Shown here one piece after another: positions 38,201-46,996 of a stretch of DNA of 64,000 nt; position 1 is the stretch's first letter, and every line of letters begins with the position of its first letter. The notes beneath the pieces were generated by a model. That model did no database searches. It had not been told where the DNA came from and worked only from the letters and a program-made list of their open reading frames with translations. The position numbers were made by a program, and so were the translations under genes. Source of the DNA: Methanobacteriota archaeon (GTDB lineage: Archaea > Thermoplasmatota > Thermoplasmata > SG8-5 > DAIRED01); assembly GCA_043799545.1 (NCBI GenBank), contig JAZDNO010000029.1, positions 1-64,000 of the forward strand, given 5' to 3'.

Positions 38201-41200
38201 ATCCCCATCAGTGTTACGAGATTCTAGGGGATTGCGCGAAAATTCCGGAGGATCTTCCTCGACATCGGGTACACCATCATTGTCGTCATCAGAATCTCCG
38301 TTGTTCCCGATACCATCTTTGTCTGTATCAAGCCACTCCGTCGCGAACAACGGTAACTCGTCGTATTCCACACCTGCATCATAAATGCCATTGTTATTGT
38401 TCTCAGCGTCTCGGATGAGCCCGACTATGTGGTCTGGCACCCCGTCATTGTCGTCGTCCAAATCCTCCAAGAGCGGCGTTTCGACGAACCACCATGGGAC
38501 TGATAAAAATACGTTCGGCATTCCGTCGCCATCGGTGTCCTCAGCTCCTGTTGGGTTCCAAGGAAAGGCGTCTTCAATGTCCAACACGCCATCGTTGTCA
38601 TCATCCGCATCGCTGTTGTTCCCGATGCCGTCGAAATCCGTGTCCACCCACTCGGTCGGGTCGACCGGGAAGGCATCCGCCAAGTCTCCACACGGGTCAC
38701 CGTCAGAGTTGTAGTTGACCGGGTTTGTGACATAGTTGTCCAGTCCCTTAACGGATTCCTCATAATCGCTCAGGCCATCTTCGTCCGAGTCGTCCTTGGT
38801 TGGATCCGAGCCTATTATCTTCTCTTCATCATCAAAAATACTATCCGAATCAGAGTCACTCATCCCAGGATTTGAAATGACCATGTATTCCAACGGCGAT
38901 TCGTATCCTTCGATGATGGCATCCGTAATCCACCCAGACAGCTCTTCGCCATCAGACAGTTTGTCACCATCACTGTACTCGGTCGTCGGATTCGTGATTA
39001 ATATATCCACTGTCACGGAAAAATCGATTATATTGATATGCCCATACGACATCGTTGTAAACTTTATCGGAATGAAAAGATTTTCATCTATGTTATCTCC
39101 TTGTGTGGCGATGTAGTGTTGTATGTCGTTCGTCATGTCGATGTTAAATAATGTAGATTCGTCTAAGTCGAAAACGAATGATCGGCTCTCGTCTGAACCT
39201 ATATCTACGCCAAGCGTCAAAGGATATTTAAATCGTTTATAGTGGATATTTATCGGATCAAATCCGCAACTGAAACACCATATTACAACCACTCTACCGT
39301 CGATGCATGTGTCGACGCTCATCATGCCCCCAATGGTTCCACTCTCAGAGCAAATGATTTCAGGCTCCGACCAAACATTGTCGCCATACATTTGATAATA
39401 GTAATTCCATTCTGTCCCCGTTCGCCCCATCCACACAAGATGAATTTTTCCATCCTTATCAATTGCAATCGATGGCATCCTGGATTCATCAAATTTACCG
39501 ACCGGATTTAAAGGACTCCATCCGATTCTGTTCCAGGTCCGCTCGATTATACCGAACTGGTAACCCGTTAGCGGGTTAATATAGATGCCTCCCCAAAATA
39601 GATGCACATTATTATCGGGAGTGATCGAAATCGTTGGGTTTCGGCAATGACCTTTAAACCCAATTTGATTATTTATCCACTCAGTATTGCTCCACATCGC
39701 CCCATCCAATCGTCGATAAAACAATTCATCACTTACTGACTGCAAAAACTCATTCCACGCGATATGCACAACATTCATCGAATCCACGGCAATCGATGGA
39801 TAACGCGAGATGGCGGAACCAGTACTAACGACCATCGTCGTCCCCCACGACAAACCGTTCCACTGTTTATAATATATATCGCAATCAGTGCCGCTGCCAG
39901 CATAGTTCGAGTTGTCGACCCATGCCACGTGGATGCCGTCGTTCTCATCAATCACCATCGCCACCATATTATCGGCCCAATATGAAGGAACCGAGTTCCC
40001 TTCGCTTTCCGTGCTTATTCGTTCGATTGGCAGCCAGACCATGCCATTCCAACATCTGTGGAATACGTCAATGTCGTTTCCCGAGTCCATGAAGTTGGAT
40101 GTGTCGGCCCATACCACATGAATATTGTCATGTGAATCGGTCGCAATGACGGGATATGTTGGGTTTGCATCCAGATCCCCACCGTCCAGTCTTTCGACAG
40201 CGCTCCAGGCATCTCCCGTCCCAGATTTATAATATATTGTATTGATATAATTTGGATATTCTCCCGTTCGATGTGCCCACACAATGTGGGATATCCCTTG
40301 CGAGTCTGTTGTGATGCCTTGCCTCAGACCGACTGAATCGTTGGGAGCGTTGTCAGTAATTCTCGTGGAATCTGGCACCCATTGAAATTCGAGCTTCGTT
40401 CCTGAGACATACTCCAACGAGTTATCCGCTTGAGGAATATTCAAAGTTGGCATAGCTAGATCATTCCCATGAAAACTTATGACCGGGGTGGGCGAGGGCA
40501 ATCCTTCGTATGTCAGCTCAGTTATTGTTTGTGTGGTCCGCCGGGCGACATTCAATTCTTCCCCGTCGCTCAAGCCGTCGCCATCGGTGTCACTTCTTAC
40601 TGGGTTGGTTGTCAGAATTTCTACCCTCATTGAGAAATCCGATAGTTCAATTATTCCAGAGCAAGTCGCCGTCAAGGTTAATGGTATCCATATCAACCCA
40701 TCTTCTCCACCCATATCGGCACCATCCTCACTTATTGTCAAAATATAATTTAATGCATTTGTAAGTCCTTCTTGGAAAACCCCATCATGATATTCCTCAA
40801 TCTCAAAGTCATTGAAACCATCATCGCCAATGTCCAAGTAGCTTACTCCTCCGGTCTTGTCAACAATATGAAGACAAGCCTCGCTGATATATTCCATGGC
40901 AACAATATTATCTGGAACTGTTACGAAGACGACCTTGCTCTCTCCACTGTAAAAAAATAGGGTCGCATCTTCCGTCTGTATTCCATCACTGATAAAACTA
41001 TCCGTAGTTTGCGGATGGACACAGTTGATATTGAACTCCACTCCGTCTGATATACCATCGAAATCTGTATCATCGGATACCGGGTTCGTGTCGAATGCAC
41101 CTAACAAGATGGACACGTATTCGATATCAATTGATCCCCGTCTTTCGGAGTGGAACACTAATGGGATTGAAATATTCCAATCCTCATCAACTACGAGGTC

Positions 41201-44200
41201 CGGGTGGGATAATAAATATTCATTCATTGGAACAACGAGGTTAGGCGTGGTCACGGAACCTTTCACAGGGAAAATCTCACAATCCGAGACACCGTCATCA
41301 CCGATGTCAATGGATATATCTGGATATCCAAGGGGGGCGTCGTAGCAGAATATCGAGCTTGCTTCGAGATTTGCAGCAACAAGTTCTGGATACCCATTAT
41401 TATCCACGTCGAGAGTTGCGACCGTCTTCGTTGTACCACCTTCTAATGCCGGGATACAGATGAGTTCTGGTTCGAAAAACCCCCTCCCGATATTTCTATA
41501 AATCGAAATTCGCCCGTCCAATCCAGTTTGACCAGATACAACGACATCCACATATCCATCGCAATCAATATCCGAACTGCATATGTCATAAGGCCAGCAC
41601 GATAAATAGTAATCAACTTTCGGGGCGAAGGCCCCATCACCATTGTTTGCGAAAAGGGAAATCGACTTGAAACCGTCTGTTGACAAGCGATCAACATTGC
41701 ATACCACAATGTCTTGGTCTCCATCTTTGTCGTAATCCACGTTAACACCCTTGAACGGGCTGGATCCGGACATATAATCTACAGGTGATGCAAACGTTCC
41801 ATCGCCTACATTTTCGTAGTATGATACTGCATCCACCATGTAATCATGAACCACGATATCTGAGTCGCCGTCACTGTTGAAATCGTTGGTTGAGGTCAGT
41901 ATTGGATACCAACCGGTCGTCTGCAATGCACAAACCATGCTAAATTGGCCCGCCCCATCATTCTCGAACAGTTCTAGCAATCCATGCCCATATTTTGAAC
42001 CCAACATAGAGCATATGATGTCAATATTTCCATCGTTGTTGAAATCGATAGTTCCAGCACTCAGGGAAGCTCCACCGCCTGGTTGCCCGAGCATTAGAAC
42101 GGAAAATACGCCGTCTCCGTTATTTTGTAACCAACCGAATTTTCCTTCATTAAGTGATGCCACAATATCATAATCACCATCTGTATCTATGTCTGCCAGA
42201 CAAATATTATTAATAATATTATCCAGTTGACAAGAAACCGGTTCGTTGAATACCCCATTTCCGGCATTAATATAGCAATCGATTCGTGTTTGGGAAACAG
42301 CAACAATATCGCTATCACCATCCCGATCAACATCAAACGTTTCAATATCCCCGCATGTTCCATCTCCTGGTGCCAGAAGTCTAGATCTTTCCACAAGATT
42401 CGTCCATCCCTGCGTTATTGCAGGAACCCCGGACAACTGTAATTTCGCATCTACCAGATAGTCCATAGATGCCATATAATCCGGAACGTCAATGAAAACT
42501 GTCTCCCCATTACCGCAATCATCAAAGGTTAATCGCTTTGTCGCTTGACCGTCTGAAAATGTATTTATTGCTGCATACGGGGCTTTATCAAGATTCATTT
42601 CCTCCGCATCGTTCAATCCATCGATGTCACAATCGTTGCGAGTTGCTTCCGCAATTGCGAAGATACTGAAATGATTGGTGCGCCCCCAAACGTACATGTT
42701 GTTTATGTCAATAGATGTTGCTTCCCCTGCAGATTTGTTGCCCAGTACATGCCATCCTGTTTCAGAATATGTGTAAAGACATAGGTATTTTTCGTAAACT
42801 CCGACCGGAAGCGAATTGGGATTGTATCTTATTTTTATCACTGCCTCGAATGAATCTACGCTCGTTGTAGATATATTGAAACAATGCCCGATACCACATT
42901 CAAGCCCTACCGGGATGTTATCAGCCAGACTCACCGTCGGTTGAGTCGTCGATTCAACAGTGTAATCGACAGCCAATGTCACGCCTAGCGTGTCATTTGT
43001 GATAACGACATCGGAACTGAAATCATTCCCAAAAGATATGTCGAAGGCTAAAATATTATCATCTATCGAATCCGGGATGAAGTCGCCATCCAAATCCGGC
43101 ATCAAGTTGATTGACTCCCCCTCTGACCATGTGATTGATATTTTTCCATTAAATACTACCATGTTCAAAGAGAGCGCGTTGACAGACGAATCGGGGATAG
43201 CGCCACCGATTCGTGGGGTCGCCCAAGAACCGTTACCTCCGGAGTACCATAATTCATCAATACCATTCACTTCATCTTGTATCCATGTGACATACATGAT
43301 GCCCGTCGCGACATCCATCGATATTTGTGGTTGGCATACGTCCACCGATGCATGACTCAAAAGGACGCCCTCTGAGTTTATTTTCAATGTGACGACAGCG
43401 CCGACCCCACCCTCGTCAGTGTATGAAATTGCATAAACGTCACGCCCAATCGCAATTATATCGGGGCTCCTGCATTCCTCTGTGCTGAACGTGAGTAGTT
43501 CTCCTTCAGGACTGGAAATCGTACCGTCGGAGAGTACCTGGACAGTTTTCAGATATCCATCGCCATCAATCCCAGAATACGAAATCGCAAAGATGTCACC
43601 AGAAACCCTAATCATCTCCGGGAAACGCCCCCTCTCCGTGTCGAACACGTAAGAATCGATAACAGTATCAGAAATGCAACCATCGGCAGATATCCGTATT
43701 GTTTTTAAACACCCATCATTGCCTGGGCCAGTGTATGCTATCGCATAAACACCATCAAATACATAGCTTACGTCGGGAGTTAAACCAGTCAAACAATCAA
43801 ACTCTAGTATATCTATCGCAGAATTCGATATATTGCCCTCTTCGCTGATTGTGTATGTCTGGATATATCCTTTAGAATTAAAATCAGAAAATGCGATCGC
43901 AAATGTGCTCCTGCCTATTGGTATGATATCTGGCGTATTGTAATTCTTCGTGTAATACACCATTGTATCTATACCCGTAGTGGCTATCGTGCCGTTGCTG
44001 GCAATCCCTATGGTCTTCACGTAGCCGTCGTTGTTCGCGCCCTCGTAGGCTATTGCGAATACCTCGTCCGCCGTGGGTATTATCTCCGGGTTGTTGCAGA
44101 TGCCGTGGTCGAAGACATAGGAATCCACCAGAGGCCCCGCTATGCTGCCGTTGTCCGCTATTCCCAGCGTGACCAGCTTGCCGTCGTTGCATATCGTGCT

Positions 44201-44671
44201 GTAGGCTATCGCGTAGACGCCGTCGCCCGCGCGGACGATGTCCGGCACCTTGCATATGCCAGTCTCGAACTTGAACCAATCTATCATCGCGGCAGATATA
44301 TCCCCGCCCGGGCTTATGCCCACGGTCTTGATTATCCCGTCGTTGGAGGCGCTCCTGTAGACGACTGCGTAAACGTCACCGCTTATCGGGATTATCTCTG
44401 ATTCCACTCCCCTATTGGTGTCGATTTCCAGCCTGTCCAGGACACTGTTGTTCGAGATGTCGGTGTAGTTGTCGTGGAGATTGTCGTCGTAGAACACCTG
44501 ATAAACGCCGTTCACCTTCTCTCTCCAGACCTTGCGCTCGTACCCGTTCTGATCGATGAAAACGTCCACCTGCTTCTCATAGTCGTCCTCGTAAGCAAAG
44601 ACGTTCTGGAATGCGGTCACGCACATCACGCTCACGCACAACAGCGCCAGCCATTTTGTTAAAACGCTCAT
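35273..44671 (-). CDS. Giant secreted multidomain protein (3132 aa): 7-repeat propeller-like region, FG-GAP/VCBS repeats, BNR-like repeats, TSP3-type Ca-binding repeats, C-terminal clan CD (C13/caspase-like) peptidase
   Basis: Signal peptide; ~52-aa repeats P(D/E)II..GDVYAIAY; DxDxDGDxDIV repeats; many DxDxDG..D..DAFP repeats; terminal RYALIIG...GHSG...ETCSSG His-Cys dyad. Confidence 0.85.
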   Translation of the reverse strand: MSVLTKWLALLCVSVMCVTAFQNVFAYEDDYEKQVDVFIDQNGYERKVWREKVNGVYQVFYDDNLHDNYTDISNNSVLDRLEIDTNRGVESEIIPISGDVYAVVYRSASNDGIIKTVGISPGGDISAAMIDWFKFETGICKVPDIVRAGDGVYAIAYSTICNDGKLVTLGIADNGSIAGPLVDSYVFDHGICNNPEIIPTADEVFAIAYEGANNDGYVKTIGIASNGTIATTGIDTMVYYTKNYNTPDIIPIGRSTFAIAFSDFNSKGYIQTYTISEEGNISNSAIDILEFDCLTGLTPDVSYVFDGVYAIAYTGPGNDGCLKTIRISADGCISDTVIDSYVFDTERGRFPEMIRVSGDIFAISYSGIDGDGYLKTVQVLSDGTISSPEGELLTFSTEECRSPDIIAIGRDVYAISYTDEGGVGAVVTLKINSEGVLLSHASVDVCQPQISMDVATGIMYVTWIQDEVNGIDELWYSGGNGSWATPRIGGAIPDSSVNALSLNMVVFNGKISITWSEGESINLMPDLDGDFIPDSIDDNILAFDISFGNDFSSDVVITNDTLGVTLAVDYTVESTTQPTVSLADNIPVGLECGIGHCFNISTTSVDSFEAVIKIRYNPNSLPVGVYEKYLCLYTYSETGWHVLGNKSAGEATSIDINNMYVWGRTNHFSIFAIAEATRNDCDIDGLNDAEEMNLDKAPYAAINTFSDGQATKRLTFDDCGNGETVFIDVPDYMASMDYLVDAKLQLSGVPAITQGWTNLVERSRLLAPGDGTCGDIETFDVDRDGDSDIVAVSQTRIDCYINAGNGVFNEPVSCQLDNIINNICLADIDTDGDYDIVASLNEGKFGWLQNNGDGVFSVLMLGQPGGGASLSAGTIDFNNDGNIDIICSMLGSKYGHGLLELFENDGAGQFSMVCALQTTGWYPILTSTNDFNSDGDSDIVVHDYMVDAVSYYENVGDGTFASPVDYMSGSSPFKGVNVDYDKDGDQDIVVCNVDRLSTDGFKSISLFANNGDGAFAPKVDYYLSCWPYDICSSDIDCDGYVDVVVSGQTGLDGRISIYRNIGRGFFEPELICIPALEGGTTKTVATLDVDNNGYPELVAANLEASSIFCYDAPLGYPDISIDIGDDGVSDCEIFPVKGSVTTPNLVVPMNEYLLSHPDLVVDEDWNISIPLVFHSERRGSIDIEYVSILLGAFDTNPVSDDTDFDGISDGVEFNINCVHPQTTDSFISDGIQTEDATLFFYSGESKVVFVTVPDNIVAMEYISEACLHIVDKTGGVSYLDIGDDGFNDFEIEEYHDGVFQEGLTNALNYILTISEDGADMGGEDGLIWIPLTLTATCSGIIELSDFSMRVEILTTNPVRSDTDGDGLSDGEELNVARRTTQTITELTYEGLPSPTPVISFHGNDLAMPTLNIPQADNSLEYVSGTKLEFQWVPDSTRITDNAPNDSVGLRQGITTDSQGISHIVWAHRTGEYPNYINTIYYKSGTGDAWSAVERLDGGDLDANPTYPVIATDSHDNIHVVWADTSNFMDSGNDIDVFHRCWNGMVWLPIERISTESEGNSVPSYWADNMVAMVIDENDGIHVAWVDNSNYAGSGTDCDIYYKQWNGLSWGTTMVVSTGSAISRYPSIAVDSMNVVHIAWNEFLQSVSDELFYRRLDGAMWSNTEWINNQIGFKGHCRNPTISITPDNNVHLFWGGIYINPLTGYQFGIIERTWNRIGWSPLNPVGKFDESRMPSIAIDKDGKIHLVWMGRTGTEWNYYYQMYGDNVWSEPEIICSESGTIGGMMSVDTCIDGRVVVIWCFSCGFDPINIHYKRFKYPLTLGVDIGSDESRSFVFDLDESTLFNIDMTNDIQHYIATQGDNIDENLFIPIKFTTMSYGHINIIDFSVTVDILITNPTTEYSDGDKLSDGEELSGWITDAIIEGYESPLEYMVISNPGMSDSDSDSIFDDEEKIIGSDPTKDDSDEDGLSDYEESVKGLDNYVTNPVNYNSDGDPCGDLADAFPVDPTEWVDTDFDGIGNNSDADDDNDGVLDIEDAFPWNPTGAEDTDGDGMPNVFLSVPWWFVETPLLEDLDDDNDGVPDHIVGLIRDAENNNNGIYDAGVEYDELPLFATEWLDTDKDGIGNNGDSDDDNDGVPDVEEDPPEFSRNPLESRNTDGDFKPDGITPLGDNEDQDDDNDGVLDDADAFSRNPRAWADTDGDGQPDEVYVEPFSNWYKPSPPMLVLDLDDDNDGVLDIQEKLEWRLNPTGAIDTDGDNKPDVAFSKPSWFSGTVLTADHDDDNDGHFDTSDAFPLDSTEWLDTDGDGTGNNADADDDGDGLLDCDEARYGTGVLIADSDRDGLMDGFEVKGWNVSIEFNNKLGIDNTYHIRSDPLRKNTDTDALNDYWEYQYKTDPGNADSDGDGLADGDELIDAFGGGWMVKGLDNDADGVKNGPTDWDSYGDGLSDKERFVIRGENGDAVVPFPAADYDKDYDRDGLTNIYEWTTDYRPGLVGVQGTSWLTPDTDSDGFWDGGPVTLPEVVRTVPVYSSTGTVFYIGSVKVAKHCSPETYRGENPDGDIVVDLAEGETDPLNHDMDLDGAPDGYDVDPITDLELTVKITEILALDKVDPDGSYAGDFYLKVFIDEMMYGQNKDDGRDNTKDPNGANWKNADGVTNWDDDAHKTPNEIGSRFTFPSSGLSDWVTNNPIEVIIVLYDDDQGHSPPDGDDVCDVGGAWPYASMWYDLKTGQWSGDDTLGDANGYGHVSGDEDGSWGTTYDEDDCDLWFDIKQNDNDDDGLTYWEEVKERQPGQPAYNTNPIEFTNIDIDGDGLDGNSERIYGTRPDIADSDGDRMSDLYEVNAIAGGLGWQDPAIYNGRYALIIGANTGPAYNYANIWNDIVRWYDLLIEDYSYQKRDIEVFYADGSAISTSNCYNSQWPADDDNNNDGIPDAAILVNEHQHMVDAPSSCAAITGAFIRLSNVMGPHDFLFTIVIGHSGDNQWGNCVIKLWGGDSGETIDEDEFAGSSYVGKLNNYERMVILMETCSSGRFIDELSSPKRIVYTSADSDEDAYGVNTVADSKWFFNYNFRNALVPLSGDITTGAISCNPSVDINGNGIISLYEAYICGESAAIAWQTPQRASPLFDTVSIDMFTYL

Positions 44672-44960
44672 CTCAGGTCAACCCCTCTACCACTCTCAGA
44701 ACGACAATGCAATATTTAATAATAAAGATAATGAGATTGTGTATATACTTCTTTATTCAAATAATATTCTTCGATTAGATATATACATGCGCATTGTAAA
44801 TGCGCCTACATAACTATTGGAATATACCGAATGCAAAAATACCTAGTTTATGGATTTGAGCCAGACCGTAAAAGTTCAGATTTCTGATATAAATATAAAA
44901 GAATGCGCTCAATATATACTTAAATTAGTTATTAGCCAGATAGAAAAATGATCGACTTAG

Positions 44961-45160
44961 CGGTATTATCCGAAGGCACTAGGTTTGATGAGATACATTG
45001 ATCCAGACGATGCGCCGTTCATCGCTCTCGCATTATCTTTTGACAACGATGGCATATGGACTAACGATTCCCATTTTAACAACAGAACCAGTTGAGAATC
45101 TGGAATACGAAAGACTTGATCGAAGAATTGCGCGGGATGGAAGAAGAATCGCATTTGTGA
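44961..45160 (+). pseudogene. C-terminal fragment of a PIN-domain (VapC-like) gene
   Basis: YPKALGLMRYIDPDDAPFIALALSFDNDGIWTNDSHF, then frameshift near 45078 to QQNQLRIWNTKDLIEE; N-terminus missing. Confidence 0.65.
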
Positions 45161-45246
45161 GTCAAAAGAAATGAAGGGACTTGCACAGAGCGCTCGTCAC
45201 GTTAATCTACTCATTGGGCATTTAGGGGACGATGAAAGTCGTGGAA

Positions 45247-45954
45247 ATGGTCCGCCTCCAGAAGTTCCTCGCCGATTCCGGCGTAGCCTCCAGGCGCGCG
45301 GCCGAAGAGCTAATCCTCGCGGGGCGGGTCATGGTGAACGGCAAGCTGGCCGCCAAGCTCGGCACGAAGGTCGACCCTGCGAGGGACTCGGTGAAGGTCG
45401 ACGGCAAGCTGATACGGAAGCGCGTGGCGAAGCTATACGTTCTCCTGAACAAACCCGCCGGGTACGTGACCTCGACCGAGGAGTCCGAGGGCGCGCCGGT
45501 CGTCACTTCCCTCATGCCAGCGCACTTCGGCAGGCTCTTCCCAGTCGGTCGCCTCGACCTAAACTCCGAGGGTCTATTGATAATGACCAACGACGGAGAG
45601 CTGGCGCAGCAAATATCCCACCCCAGGAACAGGGTCGTGAAGACCTACGAGGTGAAGGTGAGGGGGCGCGTGGACGAAACGGTCTTGGAGTCCATGAAGC
45701 ACGGCGTGTTCTCCGAAGGCGAGCGCCTGGTCCCGCTAGGGCTGAGGCGCGCGAAGCCCTTGTCCGGCGGCGCCTGGCTGGAGTTCAGGCTCGTCGGGGG
45801 TAAGAACAGGGAAATCCGCAGGATTTGCGAGACGATGTCCCTGCGCGTCGGAAGGCTGAGGAGAATCTCAATAGGCCGGCTACGACTGGGCTGGCTCGCG
45901 CCGGGCGAATGGCGGCTCGTGTCGCGGGACGAAATCGTGGCCGCGCTGAGATGA
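45247..45954 (+). CDS. RsuA/RluB-family rRNA pseudouridine synthase with S4 domain (bacterial type)
   Basis: RLQKFLADSGVASRRAAEELI S4 domain, LNKPAGYVT, PVGRLDLNSEGLL, GKNREIRR. Confidence 0.9.
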   Translation: MVRLQKFLADSGVASRRAAEELILAGRVMVNGKLAAKLGTKVDPARDSVKVDGKLIRKRVAKLYVLLNKPAGYVTSTEESEGAPVVTSLMPAHFGRLFPVGRLDLNSEGLLIMTNDGELAQQISHPRNRVVKTYEVKVRGRVDETVLESMKHGVFSEGERLVPLGLRRAKPLSGGAWLEFRLVGGKNREIRRICETMSLRVGRLRRISIGRLRLGWLAPGEWRLVSRDEIVAALR

Positions 45955-45960
45955 TTTTTC

Positions 45961-46902
45961 TCATCTGAGCAGCTGGCGCCAGAGGTTCGCCATCCACGCG
46001 AGCCCGTGGGTCCTCTCGACGCCCATGACCTCGTTCCACATCTTGCGCCCCCTGTGGCGGACGAGCCCCTCGCCTATGGCCCCGGCAACGAGGGGGAGCG
46101 GTGTCGAGGCGTACAGAGCGGAGCCTGCGAGCGCGATGGCCTTGTTGTGGCTGCGCATCTGATAAATCCTTCCGAGCGGGTCGTCTTTGACCCTGTCCTC
46201 GTCCGGAGTCAATATCTTGCGCGAGACCTCGTGCGCGACCTCGACGCTCCAGCCGATGTAATCGCCCAGGGTGTTCGCGTCCCCGCATGGCTGGGTTCGG
46301 CCCCACTTGACCGCCTTGAAGAGCTCCTCCGGGTCGTCGCCCGAAAAGGTCGTCCAGGCGTTCCCCAGCGTCAGGGAGGTGTGCGCGTCGCTGCTGCCCA
46401 CGCGGGCGCAGCCGGAACCGCATTGCAGTCCAGCAATCTTGTTGACGTAATGGTCCCTGTGGCCCGCGTTGAGTATCTCCACCCCGTCGAGCGGAAGGCT
46501 GGAAATCTTCCCCCCTAGGCTCGGGCACTGGTAGCTGAAAGGGTGGGGCGCTATCGCCAGCCCTCCTTGCCCGTGTATCAGGTCGATTGTCTCCCACGCC
46601 GAGAGGCCTCTGGGTATGAAATCCTCTATGAATAGCCCCAGTATCTCGCCGTCGAGGGTGGAAACCTCCTCGCCGACGACGACACGGATGTCGAGCCCGC
46701 TGCCTGAAGCGTATGAACGGGCGATGTGGGCTCCTTTAACTGAGTTGTGGTCTGTGATGCAGAGGACGTCCAGTCCCGCCTTGGCAGCGGTGTCTACCAT
46801 GGCCGAAGGAGGGGTGACGGATTCCGGGAACGGCACGAAGCCGACCCTGTTGAAACCCGAGTGGTTGGTGTGGCAGTGGATGTCCGCGCGGCCCATGTTC
46901 AT
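45961..46902 (-). CDS. PHP-domain metal-dependent phosphoesterase-like protein
   Basis: DIHCHT, ITDHN, GEEVST, IAPHP, GSSDAH. Confidence 0.85.
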   Translation of the reverse strand: MNMGRADIHCHTNHSGFNRVGFVPFPESVTPPSAMVDTAAKAGLDVLCITDHNSVKGAHIARSYASGSGLDIRVVVGEEVSTLDGEILGLFIEDFIPRGLSAWETIDLIHGQGGLAIAPHPFSYQCPSLGGKISSLPLDGVEILNAGHRDHYVNKIAGLQCGSGCARVGSSDAHTSLTLGNAWTTFSGDDPEELFKAVKWGRTQPCGDANTLGDYIGWSVEVAHEVSRKILTPDEDRVKDDPLGRIYQMRSHNKAIALAGSALYASTPLPLVAGAIGEGLVRHRGRKMWNEVMGVERTHGLAWMANLWRQLLR

Positions 46903-46996
46903 GGCAAAGCCCTCATCCTCTATATTGATTTCCGCTAGAGGTACATTCTTCCCGCACTCAGCGCCATTTATTACCTAGGAGGGTTTCACGCGCCCC

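Larger units (their letters stand above)
30895..45160. other. Accessory genomic island (AT-richer, bracketed by PIN modules, several decayed genes)
   Basis: Visible composition shift, TA pair at left, PIN remnant at right, three reading-frame lesions inside; no integrase or transposase seen. Confidence 0.6.

Noticed and set aside
35273-44671. Diversity-generating retroelement acting on the giant gene
   Set aside because: No reverse transcriptase nearby, and the repeated tracts do not show adenine-specific mismatches.
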